Origin: an uncultured Acidimicrobiaceae bacterium
Lineage (GTDB): Bacteria > Actinomycetota > Acidimicrobiia > Spongiisociales > UBA5794
Length of the DNA stretch: 64,000 bases
Direction: 5' to 3'
NCBI GenBank assembly: GCA_947259365.1
Contig: CAMYMC010000026.1
Span: forward strand, 75,162-139,161
The position numbers and the translations under genes are program-made. Numbering within the stretch: the first letter of the stretch is position 1; each line of letters opens with the position of its first letter. The notes under the pieces are model-generated. The model had not been told where the DNA came from. It saw only the letters and a program-made list of their open reading frames with translations, and ran no database searches. Shown here piece by piece: positions 9,625 through 19,277 of the stretch.

Positions 9625-10859
9625 AGGTCCTCCGCCGCCGGTTCGCTCGCCGCTTCCAACGGCGGCGCCAGGATGCGGAAGACCACCGGCGAGAAGATCG
9701 CGGTGACGCCGACGAGCATGATCGCGCCCGCCTCGAACGCCTCGTCGATGAGCCCGAGCTCGAGGCCGAACTCGGCGAGGGCGATGATGACGCTGAGCTG
9801 GCCGGCGAGCAGCACCCCCGATGCCAGCGCTTCCTTGAAGCCGAGCCCGCGCGCCATGAAGAGCAGAGACGGCACGAGCTTGGCGACGACGGCGACGGCG
9901 ATGAGGGCGAGCGCCCGGCCCAGAACGGAGAAGTCGGCGAGCTCGCCGAGCGGAAAGGCGATCCCGACGTTGATGAAGAACACCGGGATGAAGAACCCGT
10001 AAGCGAACGCACCGAGGCGTGACTCCAGCTCACCGGTGTCTCGGAACACGAACGCGAACATCGCCCCGGCGAGGAACGCCCCGAGGATCGCCTCGACGTC
10101 GAGGGCGATGGAGATCCCGACGAAGACGAACAGCAGCGCCAGGCTGGCGCGGATCCCGAGCTCATCCGGGTCGTGGGACGCGAAGAGCCGCTCGAAGCGC
10201 TCAGGGAACCACCACGCCGACCGGCGCAAGAGGAGAAGTGCCGCACCCATCACAGCGAACAAGATTGGGACCTGGAGAAGGGCGAACCCGAATCCGGACT
10301 CGACGAAGACCCCGAAGACGACGATGCCGACCGCCGAGAGGAACTCGGCGAGGACCGCCGTCACCAGCGTGAGCTGGCCCAGCCTGGTGCCGGTCCGCCC
10401 GGTGGCGCGAAGTGCGGGGATGACGATTCCCAGCGAGGCGGCAGACGTGAGCAGGGTGAGGAAGAACCGCTGGTCGTTCGACTCCGTCTCCAGGAGGCCG
10501 AAGCCGAACCACGCCGCCACCATGATGAGCCCGAAGACGGCGAGCCCGGTGAGCACCGGGCCGACACCCTGGCGCTCGAGCCGCTCGAAGTCCACCTCGA
10601 ATCCGGCGAGGAACATGAGGAGGAGCAGACCGAGCTCGGCGAGCAGCTCGATGAAGAGCGCATCTGCGGACGCGGACCGGATGAGGTTGAGCACCTGGGG
10701 CCCGAGCGCCAGGCCGTAGAGGAGCTCGAGCACCACAGCGGGCAGGCCGAAGCGCCGCGCGACGACGGGGAGGAGGAAGGCGCCGGCGCCGATGAGCACG
10801 AACCCGCCGGCCGACGGGATGATCCGGCCCGCCTCGGCGGCGGCGAGGACGGCACTCAT
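9621..10859 (-). CDS. cation:proton antiporter (CPA2/Kef-type)
   Basis: About 12 TM segments, LMFLAGFEVD, GAFLAG, FFIPVFFINVG; ATGA overlap with the upstream gene. Confidence 0.9.
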   Translation of the reverse strand: MSAVLAAAEAGRIIPSAGGFVLIGAGAFLLPVVARRFGLPAVVLELLYGLALGPQVLNLIRSASADALFIELLAELGLLLLMFLAGFEVDFERLERQGVGPVLTGLAVFGLIMVAAWFGFGLLETESNDQRFFLTLLTSAASLGIVIPALRATGRTGTRLGQLTLVTAVLAEFLSAVGIVVFGVFVESGFGFALLQVPILFAVMGAALLLLRRSAWWFPERFERLFASHDPDELGIRASLALLFVFVGISIALDVEAILGAFLAGAMFAFVFRDTGELESRLGAFAYGFFIPVFFINVGIAFPLGELADFSVLGRALALIAVAVVAKLVPSLLFMARGLGFKEALASGVLLAGQLSVIIALAEFGLELGLIDEAFEAGAIMLVGVTAIFSPVVFRILAPPLEAASEPAAEDL

Positions 10860-12301
10860 GGCCGGGACGGGATCAACAGCACCGACGAGCGCACCCGGGG
10901 CAGGAGATGACCGGTGATGCCCGGGAGGAGCGGGTTGAGGGGCAGGTCCGGCATGGCGAGGACGAGAAGGCTGGCCGTGGCCGCGAACTCCTCGAGGATC
11001 CGGACGGGGTTGCCTCTCCGCAGCCGTCGGGTCATCGCCACCCCCTGCACCGCAGCCTCCTCCCGCAGCCACGCCGCGGAACGCCTCGCCTCCTCGAGCG
11101 TGTCTCCCGTGCCGACGAACGACGGAGACACCGCAGACACCCCGATGAGGGTGGCGCCGCTCGTCCGGGCGAGGTCGATGGCGCCGCGACCCGCCGCCTC
11201 ACCGGCGCCGGTGCGTCGCGCCGGGACGACGATCGACGCATAGGGATGGCGGCCCCTGGTGAGGAGGACGGGCACATCGAGCTGGCCGTAGACGTTGACG
11301 AGCCGGGCGGCCCTTCGCCGCCCCCAGAACCGTCGCCCTTCGGGGGCGCCCACCACGAGCACCCCGATGCTCTCACGCTGGGCGAGATCGAGCAGCCCGC
11401 GCTCGAGGTCGCCGGAGGTGGGGCGCAACTCGATCTCGACGCCCTCCGCTCGCTCGGTGAGCTGGTCGAGAAGCGCCTGGTGGGACTCCGCCCGTTCCTG
11501 GTCGCGCTCAACCATCGTGTCGGGGTGGACGACGATGAGCGCCTCCGCGCGGGAGTTACGCACGACCGAGATCGCCTCCGACACCGTCGTGTCGAAGTCG
11601 CGTTCGGATCCGAGGGCCACCGCCGCCTTGCGGCCGAAGTTGAGCGGGAACCTCGACTCGCCTGCGGTGAACGTCTCGACGATCGCAGCGAAGTCGGCTG
11701 CCGCCCCGACGACGGTGACCCGATCGCCGGACTCGAGTGACGTCGAGCCCTTCGGAATGATCAGCTCGTCACCCCGCAACACCGCGGCGACGACCCACGT
11801 CTCCGAGTGGAGCTGGCGGAGCCGCTTGCCGCGTACGGGGGAATCGGGCGAGATCCTGAACTCCATGGCCTCGGCCTTGCCATCGGCGAACGTCGTCGAC
11901 GCAACCCGCCTCGGCTCGAGCAGCACCTCGACCTGGCGGGCGGTCAGCGAGTCGGGGGCGAACACGGGGACATCGAGCGCGCGGTACTCCGCGATGCGCT
12001 CGGGATCGGCCGCCACCGCCGCGACCCGCAGCAGCCCGGCGTCCCTGGCGATTCGCACCGCCTCGAGATTCACGTCGTCGTCGTTGGTGGCGGCGACGAG
12101 CGCATCGGCGTTCTCGAGCCCGGCCCGCCGGAGCACGAGCCCGCTCGACCCGTCCCCGGGGACCGGCTCGATGTCGCGCACCGCCCCTGCCAGCTCGAGC
12201 CGGACGGGATCGGCGTCGACGACGGCGACTTCCCACAGCTCCCCGAGCCTGCGCAGGAGCTCGCGGGTCGTGCCGCCGGCTCCGACCACGATCGCTTTCA
12301 A
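10856..12301 (-). CDS. TrkA-N/TrkA-C (RCK) protein fused to universal-stress-protein-like domains
   Basis: IVVGAGG Rossmann start, ATNDDDVN, SPVRGKRL...GDRVTVVG TrkA-C; C-terminal RGNPVRIL...LLVL...SVLLIP USP pattern. Confidence 0.8.
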   Translation of the reverse strand: MKAIVVGAGGTTRELLRRLGELWEVAVVDADPVRLELAGAVRDIEPVPGDGSSGLVLRRAGLENADALVAATNDDDVNLEAVRIARDAGLLRVAAVAADPERIAEYRALDVPVFAPDSLTARQVEVLLEPRRVASTTFADGKAEAMEFRISPDSPVRGKRLRQLHSETWVVAAVLRGDELIIPKGSTSLESGDRVTVVGAAADFAAIVETFTAGESRFPLNFGRKAAVALGSERDFDTTVSEAISVVRNSRAEALIVVHPDTMVERDQERAESHQALLDQLTERAEGVEIELRPTSGDLERGLLDLAQRESIGVLVVGAPEGRRFWGRRRAARLVNVYGQLDVPVLLTRGRHPYASIVVPARRTGAGEAAGRGAIDLARTSGATLIGVSAVSPSFVGTGDTLEEARRSAAWLREEAAVQGVAMTRRLRRGNPVRILEEFAATASLLVLAMPDLPLNPLLPGITGHLLPRVRSSVLLIPSRP

Positions 12302-12368
12302 TGGCTCTCCTGCGGTGGGATCAGTGAGCCGGCATTATCGCGGCGCCGGCCGCGATCGCGGCGGCTCC

Positions 12369-13373
12369 TCAACCGTTCACGGCCGGGATCACCTCGCGGC
12401 CGTACGCTTCGAGGGTGGCTTCCTGCGCGTCGTGCATGAGGTAGATGCCGAACTGATCGACGCCCATGTCCCTCAGCAGAGACAGCTTCGCGACGTGATC
12501 GGCGGCGGTTCCGAGCACGCAGAACCGGTCCACGATCTCGTCGGGAACGAAGTCGGTGGAGGGGTTGCCGGCGCGACCGTGATGGTCGTAGTCGTAGCCC
12601 TCGCGTGCGCGGATGTAGTCGCTGAGGGCCCGGGGAACCTTCGCATCGTCCTCGCCGTACCGTTTCACCATGTCGGCGACGTGGTTCCCGACCATGCCCC
12701 CGAACCAGCGCAGCTCCTCCCGCTGGTGGTGGATGTCGTCGCCGACGTAGGCGGGCGCCACGACGCACACCGAGATCTCGCCGGGGTCCCGACCCGCCTC
12801 GGCAGCGGCCTCACGGACCGCGTTCAGGGTCCACTCCAGGACCTGCGGATCAGCGAGCTGGAGGATGAAGCCGTCGGCGTGACGGCCCACGGTCGCCAGC
12901 GCCTTCGGCCCGTAGCCGGCGGCCCACATCGGCAATTCCCAACCCTGCTCGATCCACGGGATGCGCAGCGCCTTGCCGTTGTACTCGACCTCTTCACCGG
13001 CGACGAGGGCCTTGATGACCCGCATCGACTCGGCCATCGTCGCCAGCGTCGTTGGCGGACGGCCGATGTAGCGAAGGGCGGAGTCGCCCCGGCCCATCCC
13101 GCAGATCGTCCGTCCGCCCGACATGTCGTTGAGAGTGGCGAAGAGCGACGCCAGCACGGTCCAGTCCCGGGTCCCCGGGTTCGTGACCATCGGACCCACG
13201 GTCATCGACTCGGTCGCCGCGAGGATCCGGGCGTAGATCACGAACGGCTCCTGCCAGAGCACGTGGGAGTCGAAGGTCCACCCATACGTGAAGCCGTTTC
13301 TCTCGGCGAGCGACGCGAGCTCGACGACCCGGCTCGCCGGAGGGTCCGTCTGGAGTACCACGCCGAAGTCCAT
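12369..13373 (-). CDS. LLM-class (probably F420-dependent) oxidoreductase, TIGR03842-like
   Basis: MDFGVVLQTDPP, WTFDSHVLWQEPF, GPMVTNP, GRGDSA, YLMHD motifs; position in the hydA cluster. Confidence 0.88.
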   Translation of the reverse strand: MDFGVVLQTDPPASRVVELASLAERNGFTYGWTFDSHVLWQEPFVIYARILAATESMTVGPMVTNPGTRDWTVLASLFATLNDMSGGRTICGMGRGDSALRYIGRPPTTLATMAESMRVIKALVAGEEVEYNGKALRIPWIEQGWELPMWAAGYGPKALATVGRHADGFILQLADPQVLEWTLNAVREAAAEAGRDPGEISVCVVAPAYVGDDIHHQREELRWFGGMVGNHVADMVKRYGEDDAKVPRALSDYIRAREGYDYDHHGRAGNPSTDFVPDEIVDRFCVLGTAADHVAKLSLLRDMGVDQFGIYLMHDAQEATLEAYGREVIPAVNG

Positions 13374-13441
13374 CGTCGACCTCGTCAGCTCAGCGGGCGC
13401 CGCGGATCGGCGTCCGATCGGGACGGGACGGCCGGGAACGC

Positions 13442-14935
13442 TCATCCATGCTGGGGGAACCCGAGGTCGACGCCCCGGTGGATCGGGTCCGGCCAGCGGC
13501 TGATGACGACCTTCTGCCGAGTGTAGAAGTGGACGCCCTCGGGGCCGTAGATCGCATGGCTCCCGAAGATGGAGTCCTTCCACCCCCCGAAGGAGTAGAA
13601 CGAGAGCGGCACCGGGATCGGCACATTGATGCCGACCATGCCGACCTGGATCTCGTTCTGGAACTTGCGGGCGGCGCCGCCGTCGTTGGTGAACACCGCC
13701 GTCCCGTTGCCGTACGGGTTGTCGTTGATGAGCTTGATCGCATCCTCGTAGTGCTCGACGCGGACCGTCGACAGCACCGGGCCGAAGATCTCGTCCTTGT
13801 AGATGGACATCGCCGGCGTCACGTTGTCGAACAGCGTGGCGCCGATGAAGAAGCCGTCCTCGTAGCCCTCGACCCGCATCCCGCGCCCGTCGGTGACGAT
13901 CGTCGCCCCCTCTGCTTCCCCGGCGTCGACGTAGCCCGCTACCCGGTCCCGGTGCTCGGCGGTGATGAGCGGGCCCATCTCGGCGCCCTCCTCCTCACCC
14001 GGCGCGATCTTCAGCTTCGCGATCCGTTCCTGCATCTTGGGGATGAGCCGATCGGCGGCGTCGCCGACGGTGACGACCACCGAGATCGCCATGCAGCGCT
14101 CCCCGGCGGATCCGTAGCCCGCAGACACCGCGGAGTCGGCGGCGAGGTCCATGTCGGCGTCGGGGAGCACGATCATGTGGTTCTTGGCGCCGCCGAGGGC
14201 CTGGACGCGCTTGCCCGCCGCCGTGCCCTCGGTGTAGATGTAGCGGGCGATCGGAGTCGAGCCGACGAAGGAGATCGCGGCGACATCGGGGTGCTCGAGC
14301 AGGGCGTCGACGGCGACCTTGTCGCCGTGGACGATGTTGAACACCCCGTCGGGAAGCCCGGCCTCGGCAAGGAGCTCGGCCGAGAGCTGCGACGGCGACG
14401 GGTCCTTCTCCGACGGCTTGAGCACGAAGGTGTTGCCGCACGCGATCGCGATCGGGTACATCCACATCGGGACCATCGCGGGGAAGTTGAACGGGGTGAT
14501 GCCCGCCACCACCCCGAGCGGCTGCCGGATCGTGTACGTGTCGACGCTCGTGGACACCTGCTCCGAATAGTCGCCCTTGAGCAGATGGGCGATGTTGCAG
14601 GCGAACTCGATGACCTCGAGGCCGCGCTGGACCTCTCCCAGCGCGTCGTCGAGGGTCTTGCCGTGCTCTGCGGTCAACGCCCGCGCCAGGTCCATGCGAT
14701 GCCGGGCGACGAGCTCGCGGTAGGCGAACATGATGCTCTGCCGTCTCGCCAGCGCCGAGTCCCGCCACGTCTCGAAGGCCTGCTTCGCCGTTCGCACCGT
14801 CAGATCGACGTCCTCCGCAGTGGCGAAGGCCACCTCGGCCGTCTGCTTCCCTGTCGCCGGGTTGTACACCGGCCCGGTGCGCCCCGGCGCGCCCGACGCC
14901 TCCACACCGTCGATCCAGTGGTTGATGAGCTTCAT
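13442..14935 (-). CDS. mmsA: CoA-acylating methylmalonate/malonate-semialdehyde dehydrogenase
   Basis: ITPFNFPAMVP, LKPSEKDP, GGAKNH, GERCMA, EIFGPV, GINVPIPVP. Confidence 0.94.
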   Translation of the reverse strand: MKLINHWIDGVEASGAPGRTGPVYNPATGKQTAEVAFATAEDVDLTVRTAKQAFETWRDSALARRQSIMFAYRELVARHRMDLARALTAEHGKTLDDALGEVQRGLEVIEFACNIAHLLKGDYSEQVSTSVDTYTIRQPLGVVAGITPFNFPAMVPMWMYPIAIACGNTFVLKPSEKDPSPSQLSAELLAEAGLPDGVFNIVHGDKVAVDALLEHPDVAAISFVGSTPIARYIYTEGTAAGKRVQALGGAKNHMIVLPDADMDLAADSAVSAGYGSAGERCMAISVVVTVGDAADRLIPKMQERIAKLKIAPGEEEGAEMGPLITAEHRDRVAGYVDAGEAEGATIVTDGRGMRVEGYEDGFFIGATLFDNVTPAMSIYKDEIFGPVLSTVRVEHYEDAIKLINDNPYGNGTAVFTNDGGAARKFQNEIQVGMVGINVPIPVPLSFYSFGGWKDSIFGSHAIYGPEGVHFYTRQKVVISRWPDPIHRGVDLGFPQHG

Positions 14936-14952
14936 CGCAGTCTCCGTGGTGG

Positions 14953-16380
14953 CTAGATGAGACAGTCGCTCGTACCGCGCTTGAGGTACCGGCCGTCTCC
15001 CTTGCGCCCCACATACTGGTCGTTCTCGACGACGACCTTGCCGCGCGACAGGACGACGTCGGGCTTGCCGTTGATCTCCATGCCGTCGTAGGCCGTGTAG
15101 TCGATGTTCATGTGGATCGTGTCGGGGGTGTACACGAACGAGGCCGACGGGTCGTAGACGACGATGTCGGCGTCCGAGCCGACGGCGATCGTCCCCTTGT
15201 TCGGGTACATGCCGAACATCTTCGCCGGCGTCGTGCAGCACACGTCGACCCAGCGGTTGAGGCTGAGCCTGCCCTCGACGACGCCGCCCTGGTACATGAC
15301 GTTGAGACGCTCCTCGACCCCCGGCAGGCCGTTGGGGATGAGCGTGAAGTTGCCCTCCCCCAGCCGCTTCTGGCGGCCCATCGTCTCGTCGTCGTCGTAG
15401 AAGAACCCGGCGTGGTCGGTGGACACGATCTGCAGGTCGCCGCGCGCCAGCGCGTTCCACAGGTACTCCTGGTGGCCCTCGGAACGGGGGCGGATCGGCG
15501 TCGAGCACACGTACTTCGCCCCCTCGAACCCGGGCGCCGAGACGTGGTCTTCCCAGGAGAGGAACAGGTACTGGGGGCACGTCTCGCCGAAGACGTTGAG
15601 CCCGCGGTCGCGAGCCTCGGTCAGCTCGACAACGGCCTCCTTCGCCGACATGTGCACGACGTAGAGCGGCGCTCCGGCGAGCTCGGCGAGGGTGATGGCG
15701 CGGTGCACCGCCTCGGACTCCGTCGCCGGCGGCCTCGTCACGGTGTGGTACTTGGGATCGGTCTCGCCCCTGGCCACCGCCTGCTCGCGGAGGACGTCGA
15801 TCGCGATGCCGTTCTCGGCGTGCATCATGATCGTCGTGCCGCTGTCGGCGGCCTGCTGCATGGCCCGGAAGATCTCTCCGTCGTCCGAATAGAGAACGCC
15901 GGGGTACGCCATGAAGAGCTTGAAGCTCGTCACGCCCTCGTCGACGATCGCGTCCATCTCCTTGAGGCTCTCGTCGTTGATGTCCCCGACGATCATGTGG
16001 AAGCCGTAGTCGATCGCGCAGTTGCCCTCGGCCTTGCGCATCCAGTTCTCGAACCCCTCCATGACCCGCTCGCCCTTGACTTGGACGGCGAAGTCGACGA
16101 TCGACGTCGTCCCCCCGTGGGCGCCAGCGCGGGTGCCCGTCTCGAAGCTGTCCGACACGAAGGTCCCGCCGAAGGGCAACTCGAAGTGGGTATGAACGTC
16201 GATCGCACCGGGGATGACGTACTTGCCCGAGGCATCGATGACCCGGTCGGCGCCCTCGGCCCAGCCGTGCTCGCCGGCCGCGGCGATGCCGGCCACGACC
16301 TCGCCGTCGATGAGGACGTCGGCCTCCATCGTCTCGGTCGCCGTCACGACGGTCCCGCCGGTGATGACTGTGCGCGCCAT
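14953..16380 (-). CDS. hydA: dihydropyrimidinase
   Basis: PGAIDVHTH, SFKLFMAYPG, MHAENG, GETCPQYL, STDH, IPNGLPGVE; GGAGGG RBS. Confidence 0.94.
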   Translation of the reverse strand: MARTVITGGTVVTATETMEADVLIDGEVVAGIAAAGEHGWAEGADRVIDASGKYVIPGAIDVHTHFELPFGGTFVSDSFETGTRAGAHGGTTSIVDFAVQVKGERVMEGFENWMRKAEGNCAIDYGFHMIVGDINDESLKEMDAIVDEGVTSFKLFMAYPGVLYSDDGEIFRAMQQAADSGTTIMMHAENGIAIDVLREQAVARGETDPKYHTVTRPPATESEAVHRAITLAELAGAPLYVVHMSAKEAVVELTEARDRGLNVFGETCPQYLFLSWEDHVSAPGFEGAKYVCSTPIRPRSEGHQEYLWNALARGDLQIVSTDHAGFFYDDDETMGRQKRLGEGNFTLIPNGLPGVEERLNVMYQGGVVEGRLSLNRWVDVCCTTPAKMFGMYPNKGTIAVGSDADIVVYDPSASFVYTPDTIHMNIDYTAYDGMEINGKPDVVLSRGKVVVENDQYVGRKGDGRYLKRGTSDCLI

Positions 16381-16402
16381 GTTCGCTCTCCCTCCGTGTG
16401 AT

Positions 16403-17698
16403 TCAGTCTGCAACGGCCCGGTGTACGGCGTCGCTCAACATCTCGAAGCCCTCCGCGGCCTCCTCCGAGGTCACGCTCAGGGGTGGAGCGATCCGCAGGA
16501 CGTTGCCGTAGAGCCCGCCCTTGCCGATGAGGAGCCCGGCGGCTCTCGCCTCTTCCATGACCCGCGCCGTGGTCGGCGGGTCCGGCTCGGTGCCGTCGGG
16601 GACGACGAACTCGACACCGACCATGAGCCCCTTGCCGCGCACGTCGCCGATGTTCGGCACTTCTTCGGAAAGCCGGTCGAGGTCTGCCCGGAGCTGCTGG
16701 CCCACCTTGGACGCGTTCGTCTGCAGGTCGTGCTCGAGCACGTACTCGAGGTTGGCGAGGGCCCCGGTCGTCGCCAGCGGGTTGCCACCGAAGGTGGATA
16801 TCGAGTTCGCCGCCAGACAGTCGATGATCTCGGCCCGACCGACGACGCCGGCGATGGCGAGACCATTTCCCAACCCCTTGGCGAACGTGAGCAGGTCCGG
16901 CGTCACGCCGTGGGCCTGGTATCCCCAGAAGTGCTCGCCGGTGCGACCCCAGCCGGTCTGCACCTCATCGGTGATGAAGAGGATGCCCTCCTCGTCGAGC
17001 ACCTCTTTGATGCCGCCGAAGAACCCGTCCGGGGGTGTGGCGAACCCGCCGACCCCCTGGATCGGCTCGGCGATGAGGCAGGCCACGTCGCCGGAGACGG
17101 CGACGTCGAGGAGGTCACGGAGATCTGCTTTGCACGCGTCGATGTACTCGCCGTCCGCCAGGTCACGGAAGGGGCTCCGGTAGCGGTAGCCGCTGTGGAC
17201 GTAGACGGTGTGGAACGGGGTCAGCTGGGTGGCCGACCAGGAGCGCTGGCCGGTGATGGCGACCGCCGAGTGCGACTTGCCGTGATAGCTGCCCCGCATC
17301 GCCAGCACCTGGTTCGAGCGCCGATACTGAGTCGCCATCATGAGCGCTGCGTCGTTGGCCTCCGTGCCCGAGTTCGTGAAGAACACCTTGGCGTCGGGGA
17401 TACCCGACAACGCGGCGATCTTCTCGGCGAGCGCGATCTGGGCCTCGATGAGGTACAGCGTCGACGTGTGAAGCATCCGGTCGGCCTGCGCTTTGATCGC
17501 GGCGACGACCTCGGGGATCTTGTAGCCGGTCATCGTGGTGAGGATGCCGCCGAAGAAGTCCAGATACCGGTTCCCCTCGGCGTCCCACACATGCCTTCCT
17601 TCGCCGTCGACGATGGAGATCGGCTCGGCGTAGTACAGCGCAAGCCATGACGGGAGGACGGCCCGGTGTCGCTCCAGGAGCTCGTCGTGGATTCCCAT
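16403..17698 (-). CDS. class III PLP aminotransferase (probable beta-alanine aminotransferase)
   Basis: YLDFFGG, NSGTEAND, EPIQGVGG, DEVQTGWGRTG, FAKGLGNG, TFGGNP; context supports a beta-alanine substrate. Confidence 0.9.
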   Translation of the reverse strand: MGIHDELLERHRAVLPSWLALYYAEPISIVDGEGRHVWDAEGNRYLDFFGGILTTMTGYKIPEVVAAIKAQADRMLHTSTLYLIEAQIALAEKIAALSGIPDAKVFFTNSGTEANDAALMMATQYRRSNQVLAMRGSYHGKSHSAVAITGQRSWSATQLTPFHTVYVHSGYRYRSPFRDLADGEYIDACKADLRDLLDVAVSGDVACLIAEPIQGVGGFATPPDGFFGGIKEVLDEEGILFITDEVQTGWGRTGEHFWGYQAHGVTPDLLTFAKGLGNGLAIAGVVGRAEIIDCLAANSISTFGGNPLATTGALANLEYVLEHDLQTNASKVGQQLRADLDRLSEEVPNIGDVRGKGLMVGVEFVVPDGTEPDPPTTARVMEEARAAGLLIGKGGLYGNVLRIAPPLSVTSEEAAEGFEMLSDAVHRAVAD

Positions 17699-17708
17699 GC
17701 CCGCCGGC

Positions 17709-18551
17709 CTACGGAGCGACCAGATCGCCGTACGCGTCCGGCCTGCGGTCCCGGTAGAACGCCCACGTCTTGCGGACCTCGTCGATCATGTCGAGATCGA
17801 GGTCGCGCACGACGAGCTCCTCCTCGGTGTCCGAGGCGGCGCCGCCGATGATCTGACCGCGCGGGTCGCAGAAGTAGGAGGAGCCGTAGTAGTCGTTGTC
17901 GCCGAACGGCTCCTTGCCGACCCGGTTGATGGCGCCGACGAAGTACTCGTTGGCGACGGCCGACGCCGGCTGCTCGAGGTTCCACAGGTACATCGACAGG
18001 CCCCTGCTCGTCGCCGACGGGTTGAAGACGATCTTGGCACCGTTGAGCCCGAGCGCCCTCCACCCCTCGGGAAAGTGCCGGTCGTAGCAGATGTACACCC
18101 CGATCCGCCCGACGGCGGTGTCGAAGATCGGATACCCCGTGTTGCCGGGGCGGAAGTAGTACTTCTCCCAGAAGCCGCTCACGTGGGGGATGTGCGTCTT
18201 GCGGTATTTGCCCAGGTAGGTTCCGTCGTCGTCGATGACGGCGGCGGTGTTGTAGAAGAAGCCGTCGTCCTGTTTCTCGAAGATCGGCACGACGAGCACC
18301 ATGGCCGTCTCCCGGGCGAGGTCCTGCATGAGCTTCGTCGTCGGCCCGTCCGGGATCGGCTCGGCATAGGTGAAGTGCGCGTCGTCCTGGACCGAGCAGA
18401 AGTAGGGGCTGTAGAACAGTTCCTGGAAGCACATGACGCGGGCGCCCTCTTCGGCGGCTTGGCGGGCGTAGTCCGCGTTCTTCTTGATCATCGATTCTTT
18501 GTCGCCGGTCCATTCCGTCTGGACGAGGGCGGCTCGAACGACGTTGGCCAT
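17709..18551 (-). CDS. nitrilase-family hydrolase, probable beta-ureidopropionase
   Basis: FQELF, YRKTHIP, FWEKYYF, ICYDRHFPE (Glu-Lys-Cys triad); GGAGG RBS. Confidence 0.92.
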   Translation of the reverse strand: MANVVRAALVQTEWTGDKESMIKKNADYARQAAEEGARVMCFQELFYSPYFCSVQDDAHFTYAEPIPDGPTTKLMQDLARETAMVLVVPIFEKQDDGFFYNTAAVIDDDGTYLGKYRKTHIPHVSGFWEKYYFRPGNTGYPIFDTAVGRIGVYICYDRHFPEGWRALGLNGAKIVFNPSATSRGLSMYLWNLEQPASAVANEYFVGAINRVGKEPFGDNDYYGSSYFCDPRGQIIGGAASDTEEELVVRDLDLDMIDEVRKTWAFYRDRRPDAYGDLVAP

Positions 18552-18833
18552 GCGGTCCTCCTCCGCGGGCGGCGCGGCGCCCGCTCACTGTCAGATCGTG
18601 CACCCAAACCTAGTTGCCGGGGCGCACCCGGGGGGCGGACCGGTGCCCGCCCCCCGGAACGGTGTAATGCGCCGTCGAGCTACTCGCCCCTGGGGCGCAG
18701 CTCGATCGTACGACGGCTCCACGACGAGCCGTCGACGTCGAGCCCGGCGCTGTCGAGCGTGGCGACGGCCGCCTCGGCGATGTCGGTGCGGACGTCCGCC
18801 GTCCCGGCGCCCTGTGGGCCCGGGAAGACCCTC

Positions 18834-19277
18834 TCATTCCCCGATGTCCTCGTCCCAGAGTTCGGGTCGGGCCGCGACGAAGGCCTCCATGAGCGCGACG
18901 CATTCGGGGTCGTCGACGACCTGGAGCTCGACACCGCGGCCGCGGAGGTGGTCCTCCGGGCCGCGGAACGTGCGGTTCTCGCCGGCAACGACCCTCGGGA
19001 TGCGGTAGAGGAGCACCGTGCCCGAGCACATCTCGCACGGCGACAGCGTCGAGTACAGCGTGGCCTTCCGGTAGGCCGATGCCGGGAGGCGGCCGGCGTT
19101 CTCGAGGCAGTCCATCTCCGCATGGAGGATCGCGCTGCCCTTCTGCACCCGCTGGTTGTGCCCCCGCCCCACGATCTCGCCGTCGACGACGAGCACGGAG
19201 CCGATCGGGATCCCGCCCTCGGCCAGCCCTGCCCTCGCCTCGGCGATGGCCGCGTCGAGGAACGGATCGGCCGTCAC
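18834..19277 (-). CDS. cytosine deaminase-like Zn deaminase
   Basis: LHAEM, SPCEMC, WDEDIGE C-terminus typical of fungal-type cytosine deaminases. Confidence 0.9.
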   Translation of the reverse strand: MTADPFLDAAIAEARAGLAEGGIPIGSVLVVDGEIVGRGHNQRVQKGSAILHAEMDCLENAGRLPASAYRKATLYSTLSPCEMCSGTVLLYRIPRVVAGENRTFRGPEDHLRGRGVELQVVDDPECVALMEAFVAARPELWDEDIGE

